DNA of 64,000 nt from an uncultured Candidatus Saccharibacteria bacterium (GCA_964357395.1 CAYHLC010000003.1:14080-78079), one strand, 5' to 3'. Positions 18,819 to 26,688 are shown, counted from the first letter of the stretch. Program-made: numbers and translations. The notes: a model not told the origin generated them from the letters alone.

Positions 18819-18893
18819 GCTCCCGTAGTGAAACGGATATCACTCCAGTCTTCGAAACTGGCATTTCAAGTTCGAGTCTTGACGGGAGCACCA
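18819..18893 (+). tRNA. tRNA-Arg(TCG), CCA encoded
   Basis: GCTCCCG/CGGGAGC acceptor stem, CCAGT-CTTCGAA-ACTGG anticodon arm, GTTCGAG T-loop, 3' ACCA. Confidence 0.93.
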
Positions 18894-18900
18894 ACTAATG

Positions 18901-18971
18901 TGCGGGCACGGGGAATCGGACCCCGATCTATTGATTGGCAACCAATTGTTCTACCATTGAACCATGCCCGC
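18901..18971 (-). tRNA. tRNA-Gly(GCC), CCA not encoded
   Basis: GCGGGCA/TGCCCGC acceptor, ATTGG-TTGCCAA-TCAAT anticodon arm, slightly atypical GTCCGAT T-loop. Confidence 0.9.
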
Positions 18972-18976
18972 GACCC

Positions 18977-19657
18977 TCATATACTCTCATAGTATGCCCG
19001 CATCATCAACTCTTTAGGTAGTAGATCTAACCACGCCAGCATTTTGACCTTGAAGTATGAACTGGACACATAGATCAAGCAGATTCCGTTTTTAAGTCGC
19101 CTCGTCTTGTGCTTACCCTGGATCACCGTGCTCCCTCTAAACTGGGTAGACTCAAGCTGTGTACTGTCAGCCCAGAACTTAAAACTCTCTGCCTTGTCAT
19201 TATCCGGGTATAGAAGTAGGGATGCCCTGACGTATTCTTTTGGGAGTCCACATGCTTCGCGTAGGAACATGCTGAATAGTCGAATCATCTGCGGGTCTGT
19301 ATTAGTCAGTTTTGTGACACTTTTGGTTAGTTTGTCTCCCTCTCCCCAGTACAGCATGATTCCTGTGATGAAAAGTGGGTTGTACTTCAAGGCGCCAAAC
19401 TCAGCTAGAGCCTCTTCCTTAGCCTGTTCGTAGAGTCTGGCTAACTCCCCTCCCCTCGCCTTGTTCAGCGACCGCATCCTGACGGTGCCCTGCTCGATAC
19501 TACTCCTCTGTAGCCGTTCCTTTATCAACTGAGACCACTTCTGATCCTGGAACCATCCCGATAAGGTGCTAACAGGAACCTTCATTCTCTTCGATATTTC
19601 CTTATAGCTCATACCCCTCATACGTAGCCGCTCTATTTCTTTCTTATCGTCTCTCAT
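18977..19657 (-). CDS. tRNA-adjacent HTH plus LAGLIDADG-like protein
   Basis: N-terminal HTH (LRMRGMSYKEIS...VPVSTLSGW); GIMLYWGEGDK...LTNTDPQMI; TACAAT-N7-ATG. Confidence 0.65.
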   Translation of the reverse strand: MRDDKKEIERLRMRGMSYKEISKRMKVPVSTLSGWFQDQKWSQLIKERLQRSSIEQGTVRMRSLNKARGGELARLYEQAKEEALAEFGALKYNPLFITGIMLYWGEGDKLTKSVTKLTNTDPQMIRLFSMFLREACGLPKEYVRASLLLYPDNDKAESFKFWADSTQLESTQFRGSTVIQGKHKTRRLKNGICLIYVSSSYFKVKMLAWLDLLPKELMMRAYYESI

Positions 19658-19717
19658 ATGATACATTGTACAGTACGATACAGAGGTTCGCAGTTTCACG
19701 TGGCAGGATGTCCTTTA

Positions 19718-19746
19718 GGTGGATAACTTGTGGGTTATGTGTATAA
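19718..19746 (-). promoter_or_regulatory. Cluster of DnaA-box-like 9-mers
   Basis: Minus strand TTATACACA (19738-46), TAACCCACA (19729-37), TTATCCACC (19718-26). Confidence 0.5.
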
Positions 19747-19832
19747 AGGACACGGAATAATAAGTCCTTAATCTGGTGCGCATACATCATACGGCTCTAA
19801 ATATAGCTATTTTCTAAAGGTCAAAGACAGTT

Positions 19833-19848
19833 TGTTCCACGTGGAACA
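19833..19848. promoter_or_regulatory. parS centromere-like site
   Basis: Perfect 16-bp palindrome TGTTCCACGTGGAACA, matching the ParB parS consensus TGTTNCACGTGAAACA with one mismatch. Confidence 0.8.
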
Positions 19849-19898
19849 TTTTCACATGCAACAGGGTATGTGGGTATATCCTGAGCTATTCTGTGGGT

Positions 19899-20267
19899 AT
19901 GGCTAGGCATAACGACGTAGGATCGGATGGTGAGGATGTCGCCTGCGAGTACCTGGAAGGGAAGGGTTGGCAGATTATAGAGCGCAACTTCCGCCGCCCG
20001 TATGGGGAGATCGACATAGTTGCACGCGAAACGGGTGGGGGTCTGGTATTTGTGGAGGTCAAGTCCGTTTCATATGGAACCAAGTTCCGTCCAGAGGAGA
20101 ACATGCACCCCCAGAAGCTTCGTAGGCTAGGGAACACGATCATGACCTACCTGGCCTCTAAAGGACAGAAAGGGGACTGGCGGCTGGACCTCCTCGTTGT
20201 CCGATTGGACCCCTCCTCAGGCAGGGCCGAAGTTAAGCATTTGGTGAACATAGTTATAGGCACCTAG
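19899..20267 (+). CDS. yraN: YraN (UPF0102) family endonuclease
   Basis: GEDVACEYL..KGWQIIERN...GEIDIVA...LVFVEVKS. Confidence 0.92.
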   Translation: MARHNDVGSDGEDVACEYLEGKGWQIIERNFRRPYGEIDIVARETGGGLVFVEVKSVSYGTKFRPEENMHPQKLRRLGNTIMTYLASKGQKGDWRLDLLVVRLDPSSGRAEVKHLVNIVIGT

Positions 20268-20294
20268 GAAACGATAGTGTATAGTAGGGAAATT

Positions 20295-20365
20295 CGGGGC
20301 GTCGTATACCGGTAGTACGCCTGGTTTGGGACCAGGTAGATAGGGTTCGATTCCCTACGCCCCGA
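20295..20365 (+). tRNA. tRNA-Pro(TGG), CCA not encoded
   Basis: CGGGGCG/CGCCCCG acceptor, CCTGG-TTTGGGA-CCAGG, GTTCGAT. Confidence 0.93.
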
Positions 20366-20373
20366 CCGAATGG

Positions 20374-20403
20374 AAAAGCGGCCACATCACGTGGTCGTTT
20401 TTT
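20374..20403 (+). terminator. Terminator after tRNA-Pro
   Basis: GCGGCCAC-atcac-GTGGTCGT followed by a T-run. Confidence 0.65.
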
Positions 20404-20407
20404 GCCA

Positions 20408-20436
20408 TTGACACGGCTTCATTTGTAGTATAGACT
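20408..20436 (+). promoter_or_regulatory. sigma70-type promoter
   Basis: TTGACA-N17-TAGACT upstream of the HTH-asparaginase gene. Confidence 0.6.
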
Positions 20437-20453
20437 ATAAGTAAATAGAGAAT

Positions 20454-21857
20454 ATGAGTAAAGTTCTAAACAAAGAGCTCGGATCGCAGATTGTCCGCCT
20501 GAGAAAGGGGGCAAAGCTGACACAGGCGCAGCTAGCAAAGCAGGCCGGGGTGCATGTGACCTTCCTGTCAGGGGTGGAAAAGGGACAGCGGAACGTAACT
20601 GTGGACACTGCGCAGAAAATTGCGACTGCGCTCGGGGTTCAGCTCCCCGAGCTTTTTGCATCAGAGCTTAACAAGCTTGACGGCAGGCGTGTTGCAACCC
20701 CAGTTAACTTTGTAAAGCTCGGTGGCACCTGGGATATGCAAGTGACTGACGACGGGCTCATGGGGGAGGGGCAGTTGGACGATAAACGCTTTGCCAAACT
20801 CGAGGAGGAGGTTGGGTACGACGAGCGGGTCCTCGTGTCGAGGCTCGATGCGGCATTCAGGGGCACCAAGAGCATAGACACGAGCCTCTCCTCGCACCTA
20901 CCATGGGTACCGGACATCAATACGCTGGTGAGTGGCGACTTTTTCCCGATTTTCAGTGGTGACAGCTCGCACTATCGACCAGGTGTAATGTCCCCTGCAG
21001 TTGCATACCTCCTTAGCAAGGCAACGAGCGAGCCTGGAAAGCAGGTTATAGCTGGTATGGGCACTGATACGGTAGACATGCTCCTGCCGTACCTCGATAC
21101 ATTCCTCTTCGACCGCTCTGACATATATCCCATACTCGTTTCTGGCGCTAACCTCAGCTTCCGGGAGCCAAACTCTGACGCACCAAAGAACTTTCGAGAT
21201 CTGGCACAAGCAACACATCTCCCACTCCAGCCTGGCGCCTACTACATCTTCGACCACACCATCTTTAAAGGGGGCGATATCGTTAAGGTCGACCCGAATG
21301 AGAACCCAACCTCGATCGAGGGGATGACCACCTTCTTTGCACCACAGCGCACCCACGCGCGTGTCGGGATATTGAACACTGGCTCGATCCGTAGGGAGAG
21401 TCACGCAGGGATCCTCGGCCCAGTCATTGCTTACAGTGCGGAGCAGTTCTTTGATACGATGAACTCAGTTTTAACAGTGAACTTGGGCGACATGCCGGAC
21501 ACTGAGGCTGTAGTTAAGGCAATGAAAGATCCGAAAACAAAGGCGATAGTTGTGATCTCGCACGCGCTCGGCAACGCTCCATACCCAATCCGACGCGCTG
21601 CGATAGAGGCAGCCAAGGCAGGGAAGTTGGTTATCAACGTCAGTCGCGCACTCATGGGCAATACTAACGAGCGTTACTACGTATCGCTCGGCAGTATTAA
21701 CGAACGCGAGCTGAAGGGTACGGGGTACATGACCATTGAGGGTGGCAGGCTCTCAAATCGGACCGCCAAGGCACTCATAGTCCGAGCTCTGCTCGAAGGT
21801 CGGGACCAAAAGTCGGCCAGTGACCTGATAGAGCAATACAAGGCAAGGACCTTCTAG
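20454..21857 (+). CDS. XRE-HTH / L-asparaginase(glutaminase) fusion protein
   Basis: HTH_3 (LTQAQLAKQAGV...VEKGQRN) followed by asparaginase motifs LGGTWDM, GTDT, SGAN..SDAPKN, VKVD, LGN. Confidence 0.8.
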   Translation: MSKVLNKELGSQIVRLRKGAKLTQAQLAKQAGVHVTFLSGVEKGQRNVTVDTAQKIATALGVQLPELFASELNKLDGRRVATPVNFVKLGGTWDMQVTDDGLMGEGQLDDKRFAKLEEEVGYDERVLVSRLDAAFRGTKSIDTSLSSHLPWVPDINTLVSGDFFPIFSGDSSHYRPGVMSPAVAYLLSKATSEPGKQVIAGMGTDTVDMLLPYLDTFLFDRSDIYPILVSGANLSFREPNSDAPKNFRDLAQATHLPLQPGAYYIFDHTIFKGGDIVKVDPNENPTSIEGMTTFFAPQRTHARVGILNTGSIRRESHAGILGPVIAYSAEQFFDTMNSVLTVNLGDMPDTEAVVKAMKDPKTKAIVVISHALGNAPYPIRRAAIEAAKAGKLVINVSRALMGNTNERYYVSLGSINERELKGTGYMTIEGGRLSNRTAKALIVRALLEGRDQKSASDLIEQYKARTF

Positions 21858-21877
21858 CCAATATCGGAATTTGGGGC

Positions 21878-21902
21878 GTAACGCCAGCTTCATCTATACG
21901 TC
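21878..21902 (+). promoter_or_regulatory. Candidate ECF sigma promoter (autoregulatory)
   Basis: GTAAC-N16-CGTC, 6 nt before the ECF sigma ATG. Confidence 0.55.
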
Positions 21903-21908
21903 ATTAGT

Positions 21909-22442
21909 ATGTCAGCTATGGGAGCAAAAGAAGACGCATTCTTGGACGCGTTCCAGACACACTCGCCGGCATTGTTTCGGCATGCCTTTTTTCGCATCGG
22001 CGATAGGGACCGGGCGCTCGAGCTTACCCAAGACGCCTTTATGAAGGCGTGGGACTATGTACGCGCTGGCGGCGAGGTCCGGACTCCCAAGAGCTTCCTC
22101 TACCGCGTCATAAACAATTTGATCGTCGATGAGTATCGCCGCACCAAGACACAGTCCTTGGATGCAATGGTGGAGGCCGAGGGCTCGGCAGCGGAGGCTT
22201 TGTTTGCGGAAGGGAGCTTGTGGGAGGTTGAGGAGACCGCCGATACAGCTGTTATGGTGGGGAAGGTGCGTGAGGCCGTTAAGGAACTCCCCGAGAGCTA
22301 CCGCACCGCTGTCACTATGCGCTTTATGGATGGTCTTAGCCCAAAGGAGATTGCCAAGATGCTCAATTGTACTGAAAATGTAGTGTCAGTTCGGATCCAC
22401 CGGGCCGTCATTAGACTGAGACAGATGTTGTCACATGCATAA
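21909..22442 (+). CDS. ECF-family RNA polymerase sigma factor
   Basis: ELTQDAFMKAW, SFLYRVINNLIVDEYR, GLSPKEIAKML...VSVRIHRA. Confidence 0.93.
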   Translation: MSAMGAKEDAFLDAFQTHSPALFRHAFFRIGDRDRALELTQDAFMKAWDYVRAGGEVRTPKSFLYRVINNLIVDEYRRTKTQSLDAMVEAEGSAAEALFAEGSLWEVEETADTAVMVGKVREAVKELPESYRTAVTMRFMDGLSPKEIAKMLNCTENVVSVRIHRAVIRLRQMLSHA

Positions 22443-23454
22443 ATACGATCTGAGGGTATTGGTCAAACAAGTTGGCCAAGCATACGATATGAACGATGCG
22501 GAGCGAGAGAGGCTCCGAAGTGTAGTCGTTGGCTACATGGAGATGAAGCCGATACGCACACGTCCCACGCAGGCCTTTGTGCCAACCTGGGGTCACCTGT
22601 GGCGGGCACTGGTACTCGCACTTATTGCGCTCATCACACTTTCTGGCTCAGCGTCTTATGCCGCAGAGGGCGCACTGCCAGGCGACGCACTGTACGGAAT
22701 CAAGGTGGCTATCAACGAGGAGCTCCGCGCAGCATTTGTATGGAATCCGGAAGCACGCGCCACGCTCGCGTTCGAGCGTGCGGAGCGCAGACTCGAGGAG
22801 GCAGCAACACTTCTGAAGGCGGGCAAGCTGACCCCCGAGCTGTTGGTAACGATCGCCTCTAATTTTGAAATGCAGGCCGAGCAGGCGACCAAGGATGTAG
22901 ACGCGCTGAACAAAACTCATTCCGCATCTGCAATTACTATCGCATCCAAGTTCGAGACACGCGTCTCCGCACACAGCACCCTCCTTGGCACTATGGGTGC
23001 AAAGGATGATGGGACATTGGCAACGGTGCTCGAGAAAACGAAGGTGCAGGTCGCCGGGGTGCGCGCCGAAGCGGAGCAGGTCGCCAAAGTCGCTGTTCTT
23101 AGAGAGCCGTCGGCGCTCATGCTCGTCTCGACCTCTACGCTTCCAACGACGAACGATACTTCAGAGCAGAAGGCCGCCGCAAGCGCTGCGAGCGTCGCTC
23201 TGAAGGCGGCACTCGAGGGCCTACAGGCGCAGCTTGGGGACGTTGAGCAGGATGACACGGGCAGCGCGCGCCTCAGCGCCTATATTGCTGCAGCAACATC
23301 AGCAAACGCGGCTGGCGACGCACTCCTCGCCGGAGGGGACTACGCCGGCGCGTACCGCCGGTATCAAGCAGGCCTCATCGCAGCTGAACAACTTTCCGTA
23401 TTCCTCAAAGCCTCCATCGATCTCAAGATCCCCGTCCTCGAGCTTTCGTTCTAA
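22435..23454 (+). CDS. DUF5667-like membrane protein, probable anti-sigma factor
   Basis: Overlaps the ECF gene; TM then AEGALPGDALYGIKVAINE...ERRLEEA. Confidence 0.7.
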   Translation: MHKYDLRVLVKQVGQAYDMNDAERERLRSVVVGYMEMKPIRTRPTQAFVPTWGHLWRALVLALIALITLSGSASYAAEGALPGDALYGIKVAINEELRAAFVWNPEARATLAFERAERRLEEAATLLKAGKLTPELLVTIASNFEMQAEQATKDVDALNKTHSASAITIASKFETRVSAHSTLLGTMGAKDDGTLATVLEKTKVQVAGVRAEAEQVAKVAVLREPSALMLVSTSTLPTTNDTSEQKAAASAASVALKAALEGLQAQLGDVEQDDTGSARLSAYIAAATSANAAGDALLAGGDYAGAYRRYQAGLIAAEQLSVFLKASIDLKIPVLELSF

Positions 23455-23986
23455 GGCGGTTACCTTCGGTAAGTTCAATCGCGATGGCTACAGCCGCACT
23501 TGGAGTATCGGCAGATCGGATTAGGATCCGCTTTCGGTCGTCGAGGTACTGATTCGCAAGTTTGTTAGCCCAACCGCCAGTGCCAGCGAGTACGACGACA
23601 GGAATGTTGGCTTGATAAGCAATCGCGATTTCTGTTAGCGTACCGGAGCCACCGCTGAGGGCAATAATTGCGTCGCAGCTGAGAACGAGAGTAAACTCGC
23701 GTCCGCCACCACGCTCCATGCCCGAGGCGATTATGATATCCGCGTTGTCCTTTTCGTACACATCAAGTCCTTTGCAGTAGGTGACGCCCACCGTTAGGCC
23801 CCCGCCTCGTTTGGCTCCTCGGCAGGCAGCGGTCGAGAGCGAGTCATAATCTTTTTCTGCACCGAACATGAGTGTGGCGTCGCTCTCTGCAACACAATAC
23901 CCAACTTCCTCGGCCAACCGTTCGAGGTCGGCCGAGTAGTTGAGGTCAGCCGCAGATCCCATAACTCCTATTTGTAGTTTTCTCAT
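23423..23986 (-). CDS. TIGR00725 / LOG-like Rossmann-fold protein
   Basis: IGVMGS, AACRGAKRGGGLTVG, SCDAIIALSGGSGTLTEIAIA, TGGWA. Confidence 0.85.
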   Translation of the reverse strand: MRKLQIGVMGSAADLNYSADLERLAEEVGYCVAESDATLMFGAEKDYDSLSTAACRGAKRGGGLTVGVTYCKGLDVYEKDNADIIIASGMERGGGREFTLVLSCDAIIALSGGSGTLTEIAIAYQANIPVVVLAGTGGWANKLANQYLDDRKRILIRSADTPSAAVAIAIELTEGNRLRTKARGRGS

Positions 23987-24162
23987 TAGCTTGCTCCGTA
24001 TGTTGCAGCGGCCACGATGGCGGCCATAACTAGTACGAATCCGGCGCGAGCCATAAGCTGGTCCTTATTCGGCATGTCGTCGCTCCCTCTCCTCGTGAAG
24101 AACCATGCAATTCTACGTAGCGATGTGCGTTTGTAATACCCATCTCCATATGGTCCTGACAT
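23986..24162 (-). CDS. Tail-anchored microprotein (58 aa)
   Basis: MSGPYG...AGFVLVMAAIVAAATYGAS; stop overlaps the next ATG. Confidence 0.5.
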   Translation of the reverse strand: MSGPYGDGYYKRTSLRRIAWFFTRRGSDDMPNKDQLMARAGFVLVMAAIVAAATYGAS

Positions 24163-24185
24163 AATTATTTTTAGGATTGTAATTA

Positions 24186-24311
24186 CTACTTTGGCCCGCA
24201 GAAATAGCAAGAGCCAGTCGCTGGATTGATTACACAGTTTCCACCACAGTGTGAAGTAAGCTCCGTTCGGGTACTGTCACGATCCTGCCAATTTCGATTC
24301 AAGTTTTCCAT
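24186..24311 (-). CDS. Cys-rich microprotein (41 aa), DUF1289-like motif
   Basis: MENLNRNWQDRDSTRTELTSHCGGNCVINPATGSCYFCGPK; TACACT just upstream. Confidence 0.5.
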   Translation of the reverse strand: MENLNRNWQDRDSTRTELTSHCGGNCVINPATGSCYFCGPK

Positions 24312-24332
24312 ACTTAGTGTAAGAATAAAAAT

Positions 24333-24361
24333 AAAACCGCCCATTTGTTTGTCTTGGGCGG
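24333..24361 (-). terminator. Terminator after the YerC-like gene
   Basis: CCGCCCA/TGGGCGG stem with TTTT on the minus strand. Confidence 0.55.
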
Positions 24362-24381
24362 CGTAGCGTCGGTCTCGGTTG

Positions 24382-24687
24382 TTAGTTAGTACGTCTCGAG
24401 ATCGCCGTGCGGTAGCCGCCCTGTCCATGCTGCAGCCAATGGGCGACACGGGTCACGGTCGTAATTGATGCATTGAGATCTTCAGCAACATCGCGGTAGG
24501 AGGTCCCTTTGGATAGGGCACGAGCTATGGCGTACCGCTCGGCAAACGCGTCCAGCTCTGCTTGCGTGCAGAGGTCGCGCATAAACGCTGCTGCCTCGGC
24601 GCGCGACTTCAGCCCCAAGAGGGCGTCGTAGAGAGGGGCGAGGTCGTTCTTTTTGTTTGTTCGTTGCATACCCCTACGTATCGCCAC
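24382..24687 (-). CDS. TrpR-like YerC/YecD family regulator
   Basis: FMRDLCTQAEL...ER..IA..L..GTSYRDVA...ASITTVTRVAHWL.HG.GGY. Confidence 0.9.
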   Translation of the reverse strand: MAIRRGMQRTNKKNDLAPLYDALLGLKSRAEAAAFMRDLCTQAELDAFAERYAIARALSKGTSYRDVAEDLNASITTVTRVAHWLQHGQGGYRTAISRRTN

Positions 24688-24771
24688 ACTTCTTGTACCT
24701 ACACTGTAGCGCTACGATGGTACATAGTATATATGCACCGCGCCCCTCCGTCAAGTAGTAATCTTTGACTG

Positions 24772-25938
24772 CTACTTCTCCAATACATCCACGAGTTTTT
24801 GTTTGAGGGCGGGGGAGTAGAGCTGGTTGAAGGTGGCAGCTTCTTGTGCGAGGTCGGACGAGAGGACTGATTGCAGACTCTTGCTGCGCTCTGCCTGGAA
24901 GTCCTGGATGATATAGGAAGTAGCGAGTGCGCGGAGGTCGCGAGCACCGGTCTGCTCGGCCTGGGTCGAGGTGACGATGAGCCCCACCAGTGTGCCGTCG
25001 AGCAGCGTTACTGCTCCGCCCGATGCGCCCTGTTGCGCAACGACAGTGCCACCAGTAGAGAAGAGGTCTATCGTGTTGCCTCCGTAGGTGTACACCTCGC
25101 CGACGCGACTGAACGCGCTTGATGCGTACAAGTCCTTGATGACGCTAATCCCGCCGAGGAACCCTGCAGCGTAGCCGGCCACCAATATGTCTGCCTTTTC
25201 CGGTGGTGGCGAGATAGACGTGAGTACGAAGGGGAACGAGGTTGGCATCTCGACCGAGCCGCTTACGGTGCCGGTGATGCGCAAGAGGGCATAGTCGTGC
25301 TCGCCATTACCAGTCGGAGTGTCGTCGTCCAGCTTCTCTGCGTTCTTGGTAATCCACGATGGCGAGATGAAGAGGAGTTCTGCTATGTATTTGGGCGATG
25401 CCGGGCTGCCGGTACGGATGACGCACTGCACAAAGTTCTGCGACGGGTAGTCCTTGAGTAGATAGAACTGGGCTACGTGCGCGTTGGTCAGTATGACTCC
25501 GCGCGGATCGATGACGACGCCGGATGCGGATGTGGACTCGAAGGGGCCCGCGTTAGCGGTCGAGCAGAGGATGTTTACGAGTGCTGCACGCACGCGGTCA
25601 TTAACCGACGGGGCAGTGGTAGGGGCCAGGTTCGTTATGGTGGTTATGACGTCCGGAAGTGGGAGGTCTACTTTTGGAGCTGGCGGAGCAACAATTGGTT
25701 TTGTCTCCACCGGCTTTGCTGGGGCTGGCGCGGCAGGCTTCGGTGCTGGAGGAGTGGTCGTTGCTACTGCAAGAGTGGTAGTTGCTATCGGCGCAGTAGT
25801 AGTTGCAACGATCTGCTGCGGCACCCCCTCAGCAGGCGCGTGCGCGGCGGGCGCAGAGCCAAAAGTAATAGCAAGGACGATGAGTATTCCAGCAATGAGC
25901 GCGAGTATAGTCTGCAATATGGAGAGAAAGGCTGGCAC
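24772..25938 (-). CDS. Membrane-anchored trypsin-like serine protease
   Basis: Catalytic triad TNAHV / DYALL / GASGG; N-terminal TM and Pro/Thr linker. Confidence 0.85.
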   Translation of the reverse strand: MPAFLSILQTILALIAGILIVLAITFGSAPAAHAPAEGVPQQIVATTTAPIATTTLAVATTTPPAPKPAAPAPAKPVETKPIVAPPAPKVDLPLPDVITTITNLAPTTAPSVNDRVRAALVNILCSTANAGPFESTSASGVVIDPRGVILTNAHVAQFYLLKDYPSQNFVQCVIRTGSPASPKYIAELLFISPSWITKNAEKLDDDTPTGNGEHDYALLRITGTVSGSVEMPTSFPFVLTSISPPPEKADILVAGYAAGFLGGISVIKDLYASSAFSRVGEVYTYGGNTIDLFSTGGTVVAQQGASGGAVTLLDGTLVGLIVTSTQAEQTGARDLRALATSYIIQDFQAERSKSLQSVLSSDLAQEAATFNQLYSPALKQKLVDVLEK

Positions 25939-25984
25939 CCCACCATTATACTCCGTACCGAATTTCTGCTAAAGTACACCTGTC

Positions 25985-26055
25985 GCGGGATTAGTTTAAT
26001 GGTAGAACTGCAGTTTTCCAAACTGTAGGCAGCGGTTCGATTCCGCTATCCCGCA
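25985..26055 (+). tRNA. tRNA-Gly(TCC), CCA not encoded
   Basis: GCGGGAT/ATCCCGC acceptor, GCAGT-TTTCCAA-ACTGT, GTTCGAT. Confidence 0.93.
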
Positions 26056-26133
26056 CTCGAGTGAGCGTCGCGCAAAAGCTTGCTTTTTGCATGGCCGAGC
26101 GAGAGTGAGGGACAAGCTCGGCTTATCCCGCAC
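26047..26133 (+). repeat. 10-bp direct repeat of the tRNA 3' end flanking a structured 67-nt insert
   Basis: TATCCCGCAC at 26047-56 and 26124-33. Confidence 0.45.
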
Positions 26134-26141
26134 CGAATAGT

Positions 26142-26579
26142 TTAGAGACCACTGAGGAGTGCTGCAATTATCGACGCTGCACCCCTGCGCGCGAACCTCC
26201 CTTTAGGATAGCCATTGCCAGAAACCCAGTCTTTAACAGTACCTCTTCGGACGAACAGGGTGTCCTCGATCGCAGCGGTGCTGAGTCCTCCGTAGGTAAT
26301 AGCTCGCAGAACAACAGTCTTCCACCACTCGTCATCATCGTCAGGTGGCCCACCACCACCCGAGTAGTTATAAAGTTCCTCGATCAATGATTGCCGAATC
26401 TGCACATTTACAACCGGAAGGTTAACTACATTGTCTCCCCCCTCGCTCATGCCCAACACCTCGCCACCCATAGCGGCAACATCAACAACAAGCTGCGTAA
26501 CTCCGAGCGCGACCCAACCGAGGAAGAGTGCCTCCTTTAGCCCCAGTTGAGGTGCACGACGTTCAGCTACAGTACTCAT
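26142..26579 (-). CDS. Hypothetical protein: N-terminal TM plus C-terminal Cro/XRE-like HTH
   Basis: GLSTAAIEDTLFVRRGTVKDWVSGNGYP resembles HTH_3. Confidence 0.55.
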   Translation of the reverse strand: MSTVAERRAPQLGLKEALFLGWVALGVTQLVVDVAAMGGEVLGMSEGGDNVVNLPVVNVQIRQSLIEELYNYSGGGGPPDDDDEWWKTVVLRAITYGGLSTAAIEDTLFVRRGTVKDWVSGNGYPKGRFARRGAASIIAALLSGL

Positions 26580-26605
26580 GATCTACTTATGCCACAAAGC
26601 AGCCC

Positions 26606-26651
26606 AAAAAACAAAAAACCACCGGTTGTGCTCGGCGGTTTTTTGTTTTTT
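26606..26651. terminator. Intrinsic terminator downstream of hup
   Basis: AAAAAACAAAAAACC...GGTTTTTTGTTTTTT inverted repeat. Confidence 0.7.
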
Positions 26652-26655
26652 CTAT

Positions 26656-26675
26656 CTAAACCCTAAACCCTAGCC
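26656..26675. repeat. Short heptamer tandem repeat
   Basis: CTAAACC CTAAACC CTAGCC. Confidence 0.3.
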
Positions 26676-26688
26676 ACGAGTGGCTAGT

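Noticed and set aside
18819-18893. tRNA-Glu(TTC) reading
   Set aside because: The CCAGT/ACTGG stem centres the 7-nt loop CTTCGAA on TCG, which is Arg
19692-19900. Definite oriC call
   Set aside because: No dnaA/dnaN adjacent, no clear AT-rich unwinding element, and DnaA-like 9-mers also occur in other intergenic regions
24382-24687. Tryptophan operon regulation
   Set aside because: YerC/YecD-type protein with no trp genes or recognisable trp operator in the window
26656-26675. Telomere-like CCCTAAA repeat or eukaryotic contamination
   Set aside because: Fewer than three units, in clearly bacterial context
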